Origin: Takakia lepidozioides
Lineage: Eukaryota > Plantae > Bryophyta
DNA: 64,000 nt
Assembly: GCA_030704615.1 (NCBI GenBank)
Contig: CM060731.1
Span: 48,360,001-48,424,000, forward strand
Direction of reading: 5' to 3'
Part shown: one piece after another, positions 13,770 to 25,220 of the stretch
How the letters are laid out: every line of letters starts with the position of its first letter
How positions within the stretch are numbered: position 1 is the stretch's first letter
Made by a program: the position numbers and the translations under genes
Notes under the pieces: generated by a model
Database searches by the model: none
Told to the model about the DNA's origin: nothing
What the model saw: only the letters and a program-made list of their open reading frames with translations

Positions 13770-14110
13770 TCGGATGAACTATTGAGCCAGTGGATGAAAA
13801 TCGGCGCTCCTGGATGAGAATTGGCTGTAGTGGATGAAACTGTGCCAGCGGATGAACTATCGCGCTATCGGATGAAAAATCGCGGCGACGGATGAAACTG
13901 CGTCAGTGGATGAAATCGTGGCAGCGGATGAACTATCGTGCCATCGGATGAAAAATCGCGGCAACGGATGAAACTGCGCCAGCGGATGAAATATTGCGCC
14001 AGTGGATGAAATATCGCACCGACGGATGAACTATCGCGGCGGATGAAATATCGAACCTGCGGATGAGAAATCGCGGTTTTGGATGATTTGGTCAGTGACG
14101 GATGAAAAAT
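13770..14110. repeat. Minisatellite with an approximately 20-bp unit and GGATGAA(A/C) core
   Basis: More than 15 copies of (c/t)ggatgaa(a/c) at about 20-bp spacing. Confidence 0.9.
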
Positions 14111-14144
14111 TGACTGACTGTGGATATTTTTGGAGCCTTAGGGG

Positions 14145-14790
14145 GGCTTGTTTGAGAACTATTTGGGGTCTGTTGAGGCCAATATCTAGCAGGTATTGGG
14201 GCATGTTTGAGGACTATTTGGGGTCTATTGAGGCCAATATCTAACAGGTATTGGGGCCTGTTTGAGGACTATTTGGGGTCTATTGAGGCCAATATCTTGC
14301 AGGTATTGGGGCCTGCTTTTAGGATTATTAGGGGTCTATTGAGGCCAATATCTTGCAGGCTTGTGGAGCCTGCTTGGGGCTGTTTGAAGGACTATGTGGG
14401 GTTATTTGAGGCCAATGTTTGGCAGGCTTGTGGAGCCTTGTGAGGGCTGGTTGGAGGACGATTGGAGGTCCTTGGATGCCCATATTGGGCAGGTTTATGG
14501 AGTTTTCTAAGAGCTCTTTGGGGGACTATTGAAGGTCATTGGAGGCCAATACTTGGCAGATTTGATGAGCTTCTTAAGGGCTGTTGGAGGATTGTTGGAG
14601 GTCCTTGGAGGCAAGTACTTGGCAGATTTGAGGAGCTTCTTAAGGGTTGTTGGAGGACTGTTGGAGGTCCTTGGAGGCCAATACTTGGCAGGCTTGTGGA
14701 GCCATTGTGAGGGCTGGTTGGAGACCTTGGAGGCCAGTAATTGGCGGGTGTCTAGGGGCTTTTGGTGGACTGTTTAGAGTCCAAGTTTGC
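14145..14790. repeat. Tandem repeats of about 53-bp and 67-bp units, probably TE-internal
   Basis: tgtttgaggactatttggggtctattgaggccaatatct occurs 4-5 times; ttggaggtccttggaggccaatacttggcag occurs about 4 times. Confidence 0.85.
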
Positions 14791-15039
14791 GAACTTCTTG
14801 AACCTCGGTGGGTCTATGTTAGGGGCTGATTGAGGGCAGATTTCAGAAGTTCATGGCAATAATTTGTGGGCTCTTGAGAGTTATTTGAGAGGTTCTTTAA
14901 GGATAGTCTTATCTATTGCTTGAGCAAGAGTGAGTGTGAAGATAGGGGGAGTAATAGGATGAGAGCATTCTGGGCTTAGAGATTGCTTTAGCTTTATTTC
15001 TCTATAGTCTTCCATCATTCTTGTAGGCCAAAGCTTTTC

Positions 15040-16575
15040 CTGCCGCATCTCAACTCCTCATGGGCATGGCGTACCAATCGCGCTCGTTGTGTTGGATGAG
15101 GCATAATCCTCACTCGTCTATCCTCCCATACCCGGAGTAGGTGAGTCCCCTCCCACTTGAACCTCTTGGCTCGTTGTAGGACCCGATCCCTCTCCTTAGC
15201 AGTCACACTAGCTGATGTCTCTCCGGTACGAAGGTATACCAACACTGCTGCATCTTCATGCACATCTTTAGCACCACCAAACTCCTCACTAGTCTTTGGA
15301 TCGTCATGCACGCTATCTACATGACCAATCGCATAGGATGAACCAGCTTGAGTTCCCATTGCTAGAATGCACAAAAAGGCCGATGCGTGCCATCCTGGCA
15401 CCATCTCCTTAATCCGTCTCACCATGCCACCAAGCTCCAGTATCATCATGCTCGCTCGTGCATGGATTACGACTCAATCCATCTGCATCCCGATTGACAA
15501 TACCGGCTCGATGCACCACCTGGAAGTCGTACTCTTGAAGCATAAGTGCCCACCGTGCAAGCTTCCCTGTAAGCTTGTCTGACTCCATCAACCACTTCAA
15601 TGGTTGGTGATCCGTGACAAGGGTGAAGATATTGTCATAGAGGTAGCATCTAAAATGTGTCACTGTCCATACCGCAGCTAGACACTCCCCTTCATAAGAA
15701 CTATACTTTGCCTCGGCATCATTGTTCGAACGGCTAGCATATGCCAGTACGAACTCTCTTCCCTCATCATCCACCTGTGTGAGCACTGCTCCAATCCCCA
15801 GCATACTCTAATACGTATATAGCCGGAAACGCCGCTCCCAAATAGGCCGCCTCAAAATAGGTGCAGAAGTCAATTGAGCCTTGAGTTTCTCAAAGGCTTC
15901 ATCTTGCTCCTCCTCCCACTGCCACTCCTGACCCACCTTGGTCTACTTGGTAAGAGCCTTTGCAATGCTGCTAAATCCCTTGACAAACTGTCGATAGTAG
16001 TTTGCCAATCCCATGAAAGCACGAACTCTGCTCACATCCATGGCGCGTGGAATGCATGCAATGGCCTCCACCTTTGTCTGTTGAACACCTAATCCTCCAG
16101 GGTATATCATGTGGCCCAGATATTCAATCTGATTGTGGAAGAACTTGCACTTTCCGGGGTGCAGTTTCAACCCGTGCGCTCTCAAGCGCTCAAACACCAC
16201 CTGAAGGTGTCTCTCATGCTCCTCAACCGTAGCACTAAAGACGTGATGTTATCAATGTAGCACCGGGCAAAGTCTAGCCCGTGAGAATCCTATCCATGAC
16301 CCTCTGAAACTCTGCATGAGCATTTTTCAACCCAAACGGTAAGAACCGCCATTAGTACAAACAATCCTTCCCATGTTGGTCAATCCCCCATAATGTCGTC
16401 TTTTGCTTGTCAACCTCATTGATTGGCAACTGGTGGTAACCGGATCGCAAGTCCAATGTGCTAAACACCTTTGTATGCCCAATGACATCAAAGATCTCAT
16501 CTGGAGTTGGCATGGCATATCTATCGGACTTAGTCTGACGGTTCACAGGACGGTAGTCCCCACACATCCTTCTTT
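15040..16575 (-). mobile_element. Ty3/Gypsy pol fragment (RT, RNase H, start of integrase), degenerate, non-chromovirus-like
   Basis: RMCGDYRPVN..TKSDRYAMP...FSTLDLRSGYHQ, GLKLHPGKC, GIGAVLTQ...AYASRS...YSSYEGECLA and TDHQPLKWL; several frameshifts. Confidence 0.92.
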
Positions 16576-16579
16576 TGTC

Positions 16580-19240
16580 CAACGTCAGGAGAAGCGATCT
16601 GGATGGTCGACGACGCACCATGTTGCTGCTACTACAACACCAAATACAACGATCCATCAGACATCCGGTAATGATCATATGCAGATTGATGCTGTCCGAT
16701 TCAAACCATTGACGCCACAAGAAAAACAAAGACGGTGCTCGAATGGATTATGCCTTTATAGCGGAGAAGATGATTACATGGCATTAAACTGCCCCAACAA
16801 GAGAAGATTCAAAGCTCAGGACAGCACTCAAGTGTTCGATACGAGGAGGTCGGAAAACGAAGATGTCCAGTCACAGTAAGGACCATGCGGCTGAACACCC
16901 CAAATTCCTCACCAAAAAAAGATCTATTTCTACCTCCAGATCCTGTACCTTGTTTCACAGTTCCAGTAAAGATCAGGATGCAACATCGAGATATCTCCGT
17001 AGAAGCACTTTTGGACTCGGGCGCTTCAGCGTGTTTTATTGACAAAGACTTTGCGAAACAACACAATTTAACGCTCGTAAGAAAGAAATTTTCGGCCCAT
17101 GTTGAAGTCATCGATGGACGACCGTTAGCATCAGGAAATATTGACCATGAAACTCGACCCCTTGAAGTGAAGCTTAAAAATCAAGCATCACAGATTGTTT
17201 TCAATGTTATGCAGTCTCCAACGAATCCTGTGATCCTTGGACTTCCCTGGTTTGTACTTCATAATCTTGACATCGACTGGCGATCACGAAATATTTCGGC
17301 AAGACAAAAATGCAAAAGTACCAAAGGTATTCAACCCATGTTTCTTGGAGCTAGAGCCTTTATGAGAGCTACGAAGAAAGACGCGACATTTGCACTTTAT
17401 GCGACTTCAATCAAAACCACAACAGACCAAGGTACTTCGACATTACCCACTCAATATCAAGATTTCAAGGATGTCTTCGAGAAGAAAAACGCAAACATGT
17501 TGCCAGAACATTGACCTTATGATTGTGCAATTGAGTTGCAAAAAGGAGCTCAACCACCATTCGGCCCAATCTACAATTTATCTCAGACAGAGCTGGATGC
17601 TTTGCGCGAATACATTGATGAAAATTTGTCAAAGAATTTCATTCAACATTCGAAATCACCCACGGAAGCACCTATCTTATTTGTGAAGAAGAAGGACGGA
17701 TCGTTACGTATGTGTGTGGACTATCGTGGGCTCAACAAAGTCACTATAAAAAATCGTTACCCACTACCGTTGATTTCCGGACTCCTCGAACAACTTGGAC
17801 GAGCAATTTTTTTCACAAAGATCGACTTGAGATGAGCTTACAACCTTGTACGAATAAAAGAAGGAGACAAATAGAAAATTGTTTTTTGCACAAGGTATGG
17901 ACATTTCGAATACAGTATTATGCTTTTCAGTCTTACAAATGCTCCAGCAATTTTTCAACACATGATGAATGATATCTTTCGAGAATTTTTAAATGACTTT
18001 GTAGTCATCTATTTGGACGACATTTTGATATTTTCACATAATGAAGAAGAACATGGTCGCCAGGTACGCCTTCTCCTTGATAAATTGAGGGAAAAAACAC
18101 TATATGCCAAGTTGAAAAAATGTCTTTTCCACCAATCTGAAGTCGAATTTTTGGGCTACATTATTTCCGACAAATGAGTCTTTATGGATCAGAAGAAAAT
18201 ACAAACCATCATCGAGTGGATTAAACCAACTTCGGTCTGAGATGTACAATGTTTTCTAGGATTTGCAAATTTCTATAGACTCTTCATCTAGGACTACTCC
18301 AAAATTGCTGCACCAATGACACGACTCACAAGGAATGACAAATTTGTATGGGACGAGAAGGCTGACCAAACATTTGAGAGGTTGAAGCAGACATTTACAA
18401 CGGCTCCAATACTGGTACATGCAGACCCATCTAAACCATTCTTTTTTGAAGCAAATGTATCGGACTTTGTACTTGGCGCGATACTATCTTAATACGGTAC
18501 AGATGGTCGACTTCACCCTATTGGTTTTCGTTCTCGCAAATTTTCCACTGCGGAGATCAATTATGAAATCCATGATAAAGAACTTCTAGCGATTATCGAT
18601 GCTTTTGAGGAGTGGCGTCATCTATTGGAGGAAGCTCAACATCAGGTCATTGTCTATATCGATCACAAAACCCTCGAGTATTTTATGAGTGCTCGTATTT
18701 TGAATCGACGTCAAGCAAGATGGAGTATGTCATTAACAAGGTTTGATTTTGTTATTACCTACCGTCCCGGACATCTTCAAGGAAAACCAGATGTTCTTTC
18801 TCGACAATCGTATCTTTGCGCCAAAGGAAGGGGATGCAGCTTTTGACCAACAGAAATCCATCATTTTGAAACTAGCAAATCTCCAATTGAATAAGTTATC
18901 CATGTCCACCTATGACGATGCAGAGATCATAAAAGAGATTCAGGAAGCACTGAAGAGCGACCAATTTGCTACAACACTACGAAGTCAACTAAATCGACCT
19001 CGAGACAACCCGCATGTTACAAACGACTTCAAGTTCAAAAATGACTTACTTTATTTCAAATGACTTCTCTATGTACCTCAAGGACCTACACGACTTCGAA
19101 TTCTTCAAACATGTCATGATCTTCCAGCTGGAGAACATTTCGGCTTCAACAAAACAATATAAATTTTATCCAGGGACTATTGGTGGCCGCAGATGTGGAA
19201 ACTCGTGAAAGAATTTATAAAATCTTGCGACACGTGTGCC
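16580..19240 (+). mobile_element. Ty3/Gypsy (Tcn1/chromovirus-like) gag end, protease, RT, RNase H and integrase HHCC start; degenerate, truncated at both ends
   Basis: MQIDAVR...GLCLY..NCP gag knuckle, [22 protein letters not shown]...[30 protein letters not shown] and HFGFNKT...WWPQMW...SCDTC. Confidence 0.93.
16852..16893 (+). other. Putative -1 ribosomal frameshift signal between gag and pol (G GAA AAC plus pseudoknot)
   Basis: Pol is in the -1 frame and is open from the heptamer. Downstream pairings GTCC/GGAC and CAGTC/GGCTG can form an H-type pseudoknot. Confidence 0.6.
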
Positions 19241-19453
19241 CTAATTATCATTTCTGACGTGACGTGGCGCTGACACGTCAGCCGTCACGTATGATGTGCG
19301 TCACGTCACGTCCAATCCGGACGTTTATCCATGTAATATTTTTTACATTTGACTTTTATGATTTACTTCTACCCTTTGTAATGACATGGCAGCCATGGTG
19401 TAAAACAGACGTGGCTAATTATTAATATTTATTAATTCTTTTTAAAAAATGAG

Positions 19454-19872
19454 TCCGCCTATATTGGCAGTCGCATATAATTTATTGTTTTTAATAAAAA
19501 CGACCGCCCATATTGGCGATCGCTTGTAATTTAATATTTTGTTGAATTAAGCGACCGCCAGTATTGGCGGTCGCCGGTAATTTATTTATTTTGAAATGAA
19601 GCGACCGCCCATATTGGCGGTCGCCCGTAATTTATTTATTTTTAAATGAAGCGACCGCCCATATTGGCGGTCGTCCGTAATTTGTTTATTTTTAAATGAA
19701 GCGACCGCCCATATTGGCGGTCGCTTGTATTTTATTACATTTTAAAATAAGTGACCGCCTACATTGGCCATGTGGCGGTCGCTCTTCTTGTTTTTATAAA
19801 TATAGCGGCTGCCATGCAGCGGTCGAGTGTTTTTTTTTTCCTTAGAAATCCAGGGACCCGCCGTGTGGCGTT
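19454..19872. repeat. Palindrome array 2 (about 9 units, 50-bp period)
   Basis: gcgaccgcccatattggcggtcgc-type units at about 19501, 19551, 19601, 19652, 19701 and 19751. Confidence 0.95.
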
Positions 19873-19911
19873 TTGTTTTTTATTTTTAATCATGAAGCGG
19901 CGCCTCGGCCA

Positions 19912-20129
19912 GCCACGTGGCGAGGTGCCACAGGTGAGGAAAAATTGAAACAAATGGGATGGGGGGAGGTGGTTTTGAACCCTTGACCTCTCCCATGTGG
20001 GTGCGCGCGGCGAGGTGCGACTGGCCCGTCGCGTCGCGCTGACACGTGGCGAGGTGCCACTGGCCTGTCGCGCCTTTTCAAGCATAATGCCATTTGTTTT
20101 TGGGGGGGGGCTGGTGGCGCCTATATAAA
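19912..20129 (+). promoter_or_regulatory. Kinase promoter: G-box/ABRE motifs and TATA box
   Basis: GCCACGTGGC at 19912-19921, GACACGTGGC at 20041-20050 and TATATAAA at 20122-20129, about 320 bp before the ATG. Confidence 0.55.
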
Positions 20130-20444
20130 CCATTTCCCCTCTTCTGATCATTTTTGCCCCTCTTGTGGTGCGGTTCCTTGGCATCATGTAGTCCTTTCGG
20201 ACTTCGTTGCTTGGCACAACCAACGGGAGGTGCAAAGGGGATTATTTGGGGGGGAAGGTTTTGTCGGTTTTTTATTGGTCAGTCCCACACACTTGTTCAC
20301 GGTACAATCATCGTATCACCATTTTGCCGTTTCCGGATCTCCGGCGGCCTGTTTTTTTGTAGAAAACTACGAAGACACCATCCATATTCGTTCATTGCCA
20401 TTTTTATGAGGTTTTGGACCCTGTAGTGGGCAAAGGTTTATACA

Positions 20445-21906
20445 ATGTCGGGGGTTGTGAATTCAAGTTATGGGGCGGGATCGGCTGGGGGGCGAAGGAA
20501 GAGAAAACGTGCCCACGAGCGAGATAGCCAGGTCAACAAGCTAGACTACCCGGGACCGGATGCCTTGGATAGGGAGAAAGAAGTGGTAGTGGATTATTTC
20601 AAGGGTAGGGACATGATGAGGTTGGAGAGTGCTTATGTTAGGCATGGATGTGAGGGGTTTCAGATTTTTCAGCAAAATATGGAGAAGAAAATGACAAACG
20701 CTTTGGCGGGGGCTAAGTGGACGGCGGACAGGGACAAGCTGAAGTTCAATCGGTGGATCCAAAGCAGGGCGAAAGACGCCACGTGGAATTTGAGGCAACA
20801 AATGAAGACATGGAAGGGTAGAACAAGTGAAGGTCGAGTGCCCTCCGCCGAAGCTGAGTTAATGCGGCGTGTTGAGTATTGGGCTTGCTTGACAAGTCAG
20901 AAGTCACATCGCTGGACTAGGGTTGTCCCTTGGAAGGCGGGGTCATCAGGCAGAGGAGGCACAACTGGTCTTTATTACTTGAATTCTACTGCGAAGGTGG
21001 TAGAGATTGGCCCTTACAAAGAAAGAGGGTATGCTAAGGTCCATCACTGTAGGATTGTTGGCGATTCTAGAATACCGGAGAGTTGGGAGCTCGCGGGAAA
21101 AAAACCCAAGTCCAAAAATCCAGAAAAGGCGTTGAGACAACATAACGACGAGTGTTTGGCAGTGAAGTTCCAGTATCCGGGTGTTATCTCGTATTTTGCT
21201 GTGAATGCACGTGAGGTAGAGGGTTACACTCACTGGTGGAATGGGGGGACAATACGCGACATGATGAACCTTGACAGAAAATGGGGCAACGATTCGGACA
21301 ACATGGTGATTTTGGAACAAATGGGAACGGAAGCAGAGTTCCAGGAATGCGATCGCTTGCTTCATTTCCGGAAAGTGCGTAGTAAACTTGCATGGGCATT
21401 GGTGTGCATCATGGATGTTGTCCACAATAACGGTGTCCTGCACAACGACTTGTCCTCCGACAACATCTTGTTACATTTTCCAGATGGCACCGAAGAGATC
21501 AAGATTGGGGTGTGTGATTGGGGCTTAGCCACCCCATTGGGCATACGCAAAGCCTCGCCATACCAGTTTGAAAACCAAGACAAGCTGGACCGGGAACTCG
21601 CGAAAAGATGGTGGGTGGAAAAAGATATTGCATCGGTTTTCAATGCGAATGCCACGCCCCCCCTCCCAGGACATGACGTCAGAGGCCTTTGTCGTTGGAA
21701 AGATAGTGGTACGAATAAATGGCGGCGCTCATTATGATCTAAGTATGTTCCATGACCAATTTACAGGAGGTTGTTGGCATTCAATGCTACAAAAGTTGTA
21801 CGACAACAACAAGAATGAGAGAGTCACATTAGCCCATGTAGTACTTTGGTTCATGGGCAAGCCATTCAATTGGCCTGAGCCGAAAGACGTATATAGGACG
21901 GAGTAG
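20445..21906 (+). CDS. Intronless atypical Ser/Thr protein kinase, about 486 aa if one extra C in the 21657-21663 run is removed
   Basis: Degenerate Gly loop (ERGYAKV), LAGKK, catalytic loop LHNDLSSDNILL and DWG. Subdomains IX and XI (SEAFVVG, ERVT) continue in ORF 21568-21906. N-terminal basic patch RRKRKR. Confidence 0.8.
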
Positions 21907-22579
21907 ATCATAGTCTCGTAGATATGAGATTTATGGCGGTACAATGGTTCTTTTATGAAGACATAACTCAATTTTGATCATGCATGTAATAAATAAAGTC
22001 CCATTGTAAATACTACATTGCATATACTTGACCCTGACACATGTCATCGCAACATAAATGGTTTGTGTACTGGCTCACTGTTTATATTTATAATGTTCCA
22101 AGGTTTCGGATAGGGTTATGAGAAAACGATGTATTAATTCCGTAGGAGTTAGACAACAAACCTCTCATCTCATTCAACTGTGCGACACTACCATGAGAGG
22201 CATGGATCGGAAAATAATAGGTGCACATGCGACCTCCGTACGTTTGATACTAGGTCTCTACTTAAACGTGCGGAGGTCGCATGTACACCTATTATTTTTT
22301 TATCCATGTCACTCATGGTAGTATCGCACAGTTGAATGAGATATTGAACGTTTGTTGTCTAACTTATATGGATCCAATATATCATTTTCTCATTACCCTG
22401 TCAGAAACATTGAAACATTCGCAGTTACAAACAGTGCCACAATACACGGCCGGTTTTGTTGAAATGATATTTGTGAGGTTCGAGCGCATGCAATTTATTA
22501 TTTACAACGGAATTTTATTTACTTGGGGGACCGGTACTGATGTTGGAGCGCAACTGATGGTACGAGTTCTCTATTGATT

Positions 22580-22975
22580 AGAGCTGTCACAACCAATGTC
22601 AACAATCATATTTACGGTAAGGTGTTTAATGTTATTGTTGTTCTTCTAGCTGAATTCTGTAGTACTATTTTTGCTATTCCCATGCCAACGTCCTCTGAGA
22701 CTGTCATGTTCAAACAGACGTATCAGCCACCCCGGCCAGCTTGCAGGCTACAGCCATGGCCCACCATAAATTGAATGAATTGGAGATTTTGTGCGAAGTT
22801 CCTGGTTTCATGTCCGTGATGGCTGATACAGAATTCGGAATATGGCAGTCGCAGTGGACCTGATGTTGTTGGCATGGGAGTAGCAAAACGATTCATAAAT
22901 AATTCTGCTACATGAACATTGGCAGTATGAAATACCTTGCAGTACATATGATTCTTGAGATTGTTTGTACGGATT
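22580..22975. repeat. Old imperfect inverted repeat (arms about 22580-22695 and 22865-22975)
   Basis: The plus-strand NNHIYGKVF...AEF...FAIPMPTSS mirrors the minus-strand KNHMYCKVF...AEL...FATPMPTTS. Confidence 0.7.
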
Positions 22976-23261
22976 AGTTGTGTTTGTGCTTTCAAGTGGC
23001 GAACATTTCTGCCATGGTGCGGAAGACGTGCATTAAACGGTTGATGTGATACCACAAATGTATCACATCGCATTTGTGAAAATGTATCACATGAACCGTT
23101 CCATGTGACATACGGGAGTTTTCGATAGGTACGAGATCAATGTGGCCTACGAGATCTGCTTCCACCAACAAACATGTGATCATTTCAGAAGCGCTAGAAC
23201 TTTGAAGCGACGATGGGCAAGGTTCTTCATCCAGATGTTCAACATGCTGAGGTTTTCTATA

Positions 23262-23535
23262 ATGTCTCTTGCTTCGTAATGAGGTGCTTCTCCAACTCTT
23301 ATTTTTTCAATGCTAATATCTTTCATCTGGAACATATCCACACATGCGTATATAACTTAAAAAAACAAATGACCATCAAAACTGGAAGCTGGGAATGAGG
23401 CTTATAAAAGTTGAGATGGTCATTTGTTATTTTAATGATTTCTGCACACATATGTGGATATGTTCAAGGTGGAGAATATTAACATATTGGATAAAGTGGA
23501 CATGGAGAAGCACTGCATTACGAGGCCGGAGACAC
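23262..23535. repeat. Imperfect inverted repeat with about 115-bp arms and a TATA-containing loop
   Basis: cgtaatgaggtgcttctcca pairs with tggagaagcactgcattacg, gaacatatccaca with tgtggatatgttc, and acaaatgaccatc with gatggtcatttgt. Confidence 0.85.
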
Positions 23536-24396
23536 TACAAAAAGAGCTTCAAATGGCATACCATGTAACAGGAGGATCGGATGCCCATAGGTTTTTAATA
23601 CAATCGACACCACCTCCCATTGGATAGGCTACCATACACATTTCTGAATTGTGTGCATTGGGGCAAGAACTTGGTATGAAATGCAGACAAAGAGATGCAT
23701 GGCATACATGCCGGAAACCTGGCATACATAAAAGATCCCCAGTATTTATGGGTCACATCTGATTGGGAGATAACCATACGTGCGGGAGATATTCGAGATT
23801 GGTGGGAGAGAGAGCAGTTTTGCCACAATCTGGGAGGGCATTGGAGTCAAAGAAGGTCCAGGTTTATCCGGCTCCCACAGGTTCAATGGGTGCCGGAGGA
23901 GAAAGAATTGTATGACCGACAACCGATTGGGAGATATTTGTTGTTGTCCGAACTGGAAGATGCTATAATATGTCAACGCCGAATGAATGATGCGTACGAG
24001 GTGGCTTATCGTCGAAACGACACAATGGTTATGGACAGGGCCCGCGAGAGGCAGTTGGAAAGTATCAAAAGTACCATCAAGGCAGTTGTAGAGAAATGGA
24101 GGCGATTATGGACATACCGTTATCATCGTGTTTCGGGGGCTGAATTGCCGGATGTGGACGGTCTCGTTGCCGATTTGCATGCAGCTCGAGCACTTATTCT
24201 CGATCCACCTCCGCCACGTCGTGAGAGTGAAGAAGAAAGTCAACTTTCACCGCGAAGTAGGCGGATGCAGGCCAGAATTAATCACATGTCATTGGGCCCC
24301 TCATTGACCACGAGATCACGGTCGCAAGCTCTGGCAATTGGCAGTGCAAATCAGGCCACAACATCAAATTCCACATCCTCGGACAGTGACGACTAG
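23416..24396 (+). pseudogene. Unknown cargo ORF B (intact part 23695-24396, 233 aa; possibly starts at ATG 23416 with three internal stops)
   Basis: Long intronless ORF with a Trp-rich N-terminal half and an acidic/Ser-rich tail; no family recognised. Confidence 0.45.
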
Positions 24397-24844
24397 GCTT
24401 TTAATGACTGGCAGCGTAAAACATATACAATATGCATTTTTGTTGTACCTTGAATATTGTTGGAAAACACAGTGATGGCATTCCGCCAAGTTTGTACATC
24501 ACCAATTTTGTTAATACACAATGCACATGTGCAGCACCTGCCAATTTCAATTGCATGAGCAGCATTTTTTTCACATTTACACTTGTGTGATGGGGAAGAA
24601 GTAGTTCACCCTGTAAACAAATTTACAATGATGTCATATTTGATCATGACGTGTATATGGGTATTTGCAATGAACTCCGAAAGCTGGAGAACAATGAACA
24701 TTGATGTTAACAAATAAGTTATAACGAGTTACGAACGGTCATCTTCCAAACAAATTTCGCCTGGTCCCTGCGTATTTTATAATCATTTCGCAAAATCTAT
24801 GATCTTTTTATGAACATACCCACAAAGTTCTCAAAGCACAAAAT

Positions 24845-25203
24845 AATTTCGATTGATCTCATATTACACTGGGACGTATCAGATGGTACATTGAACACAC
24901 TGGCCAAGTTTCAAAGCGAACGAAAATCATTTGGATGGGCAACCATCCGTTGGGCCATTGAACGAATTTCTATTGAACTCATATTACTGTGGGGCCTCTT
25001 ACATGGCACATTGAATATAGTGGCTAAGTCTCAAAGCGCACCAAAATCATTTCGATGGGCAACCATCCGTTGAGCCATCGAATGAATTTCGATTGATCTG
25101 ATATTAGTCCGGGACCTGATACATGGTATGTTGAACATAGTGGCAAAGATTGAAAGCAAACGAAAATCATTTGGATGGGCAACCATTCAATCGCCCATTG
25201 AAT
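24845..25203. repeat. 120-bp tandem repeat, 3 copies
   Basis: aatttc.attga.ct.atatta...aaaatcattt.gatgggcaaccat units start at about 24845, 24965 and 25085. Confidence 0.9.
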
Positions 25204-25220
25204 GAGGGTTTCGTCTTCGA

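Noticed and set aside
14207-14829. Repetitive Leu/Gly/Trp-rich ORFs
   Set aside because: They are translation artefacts of tandem repeats.
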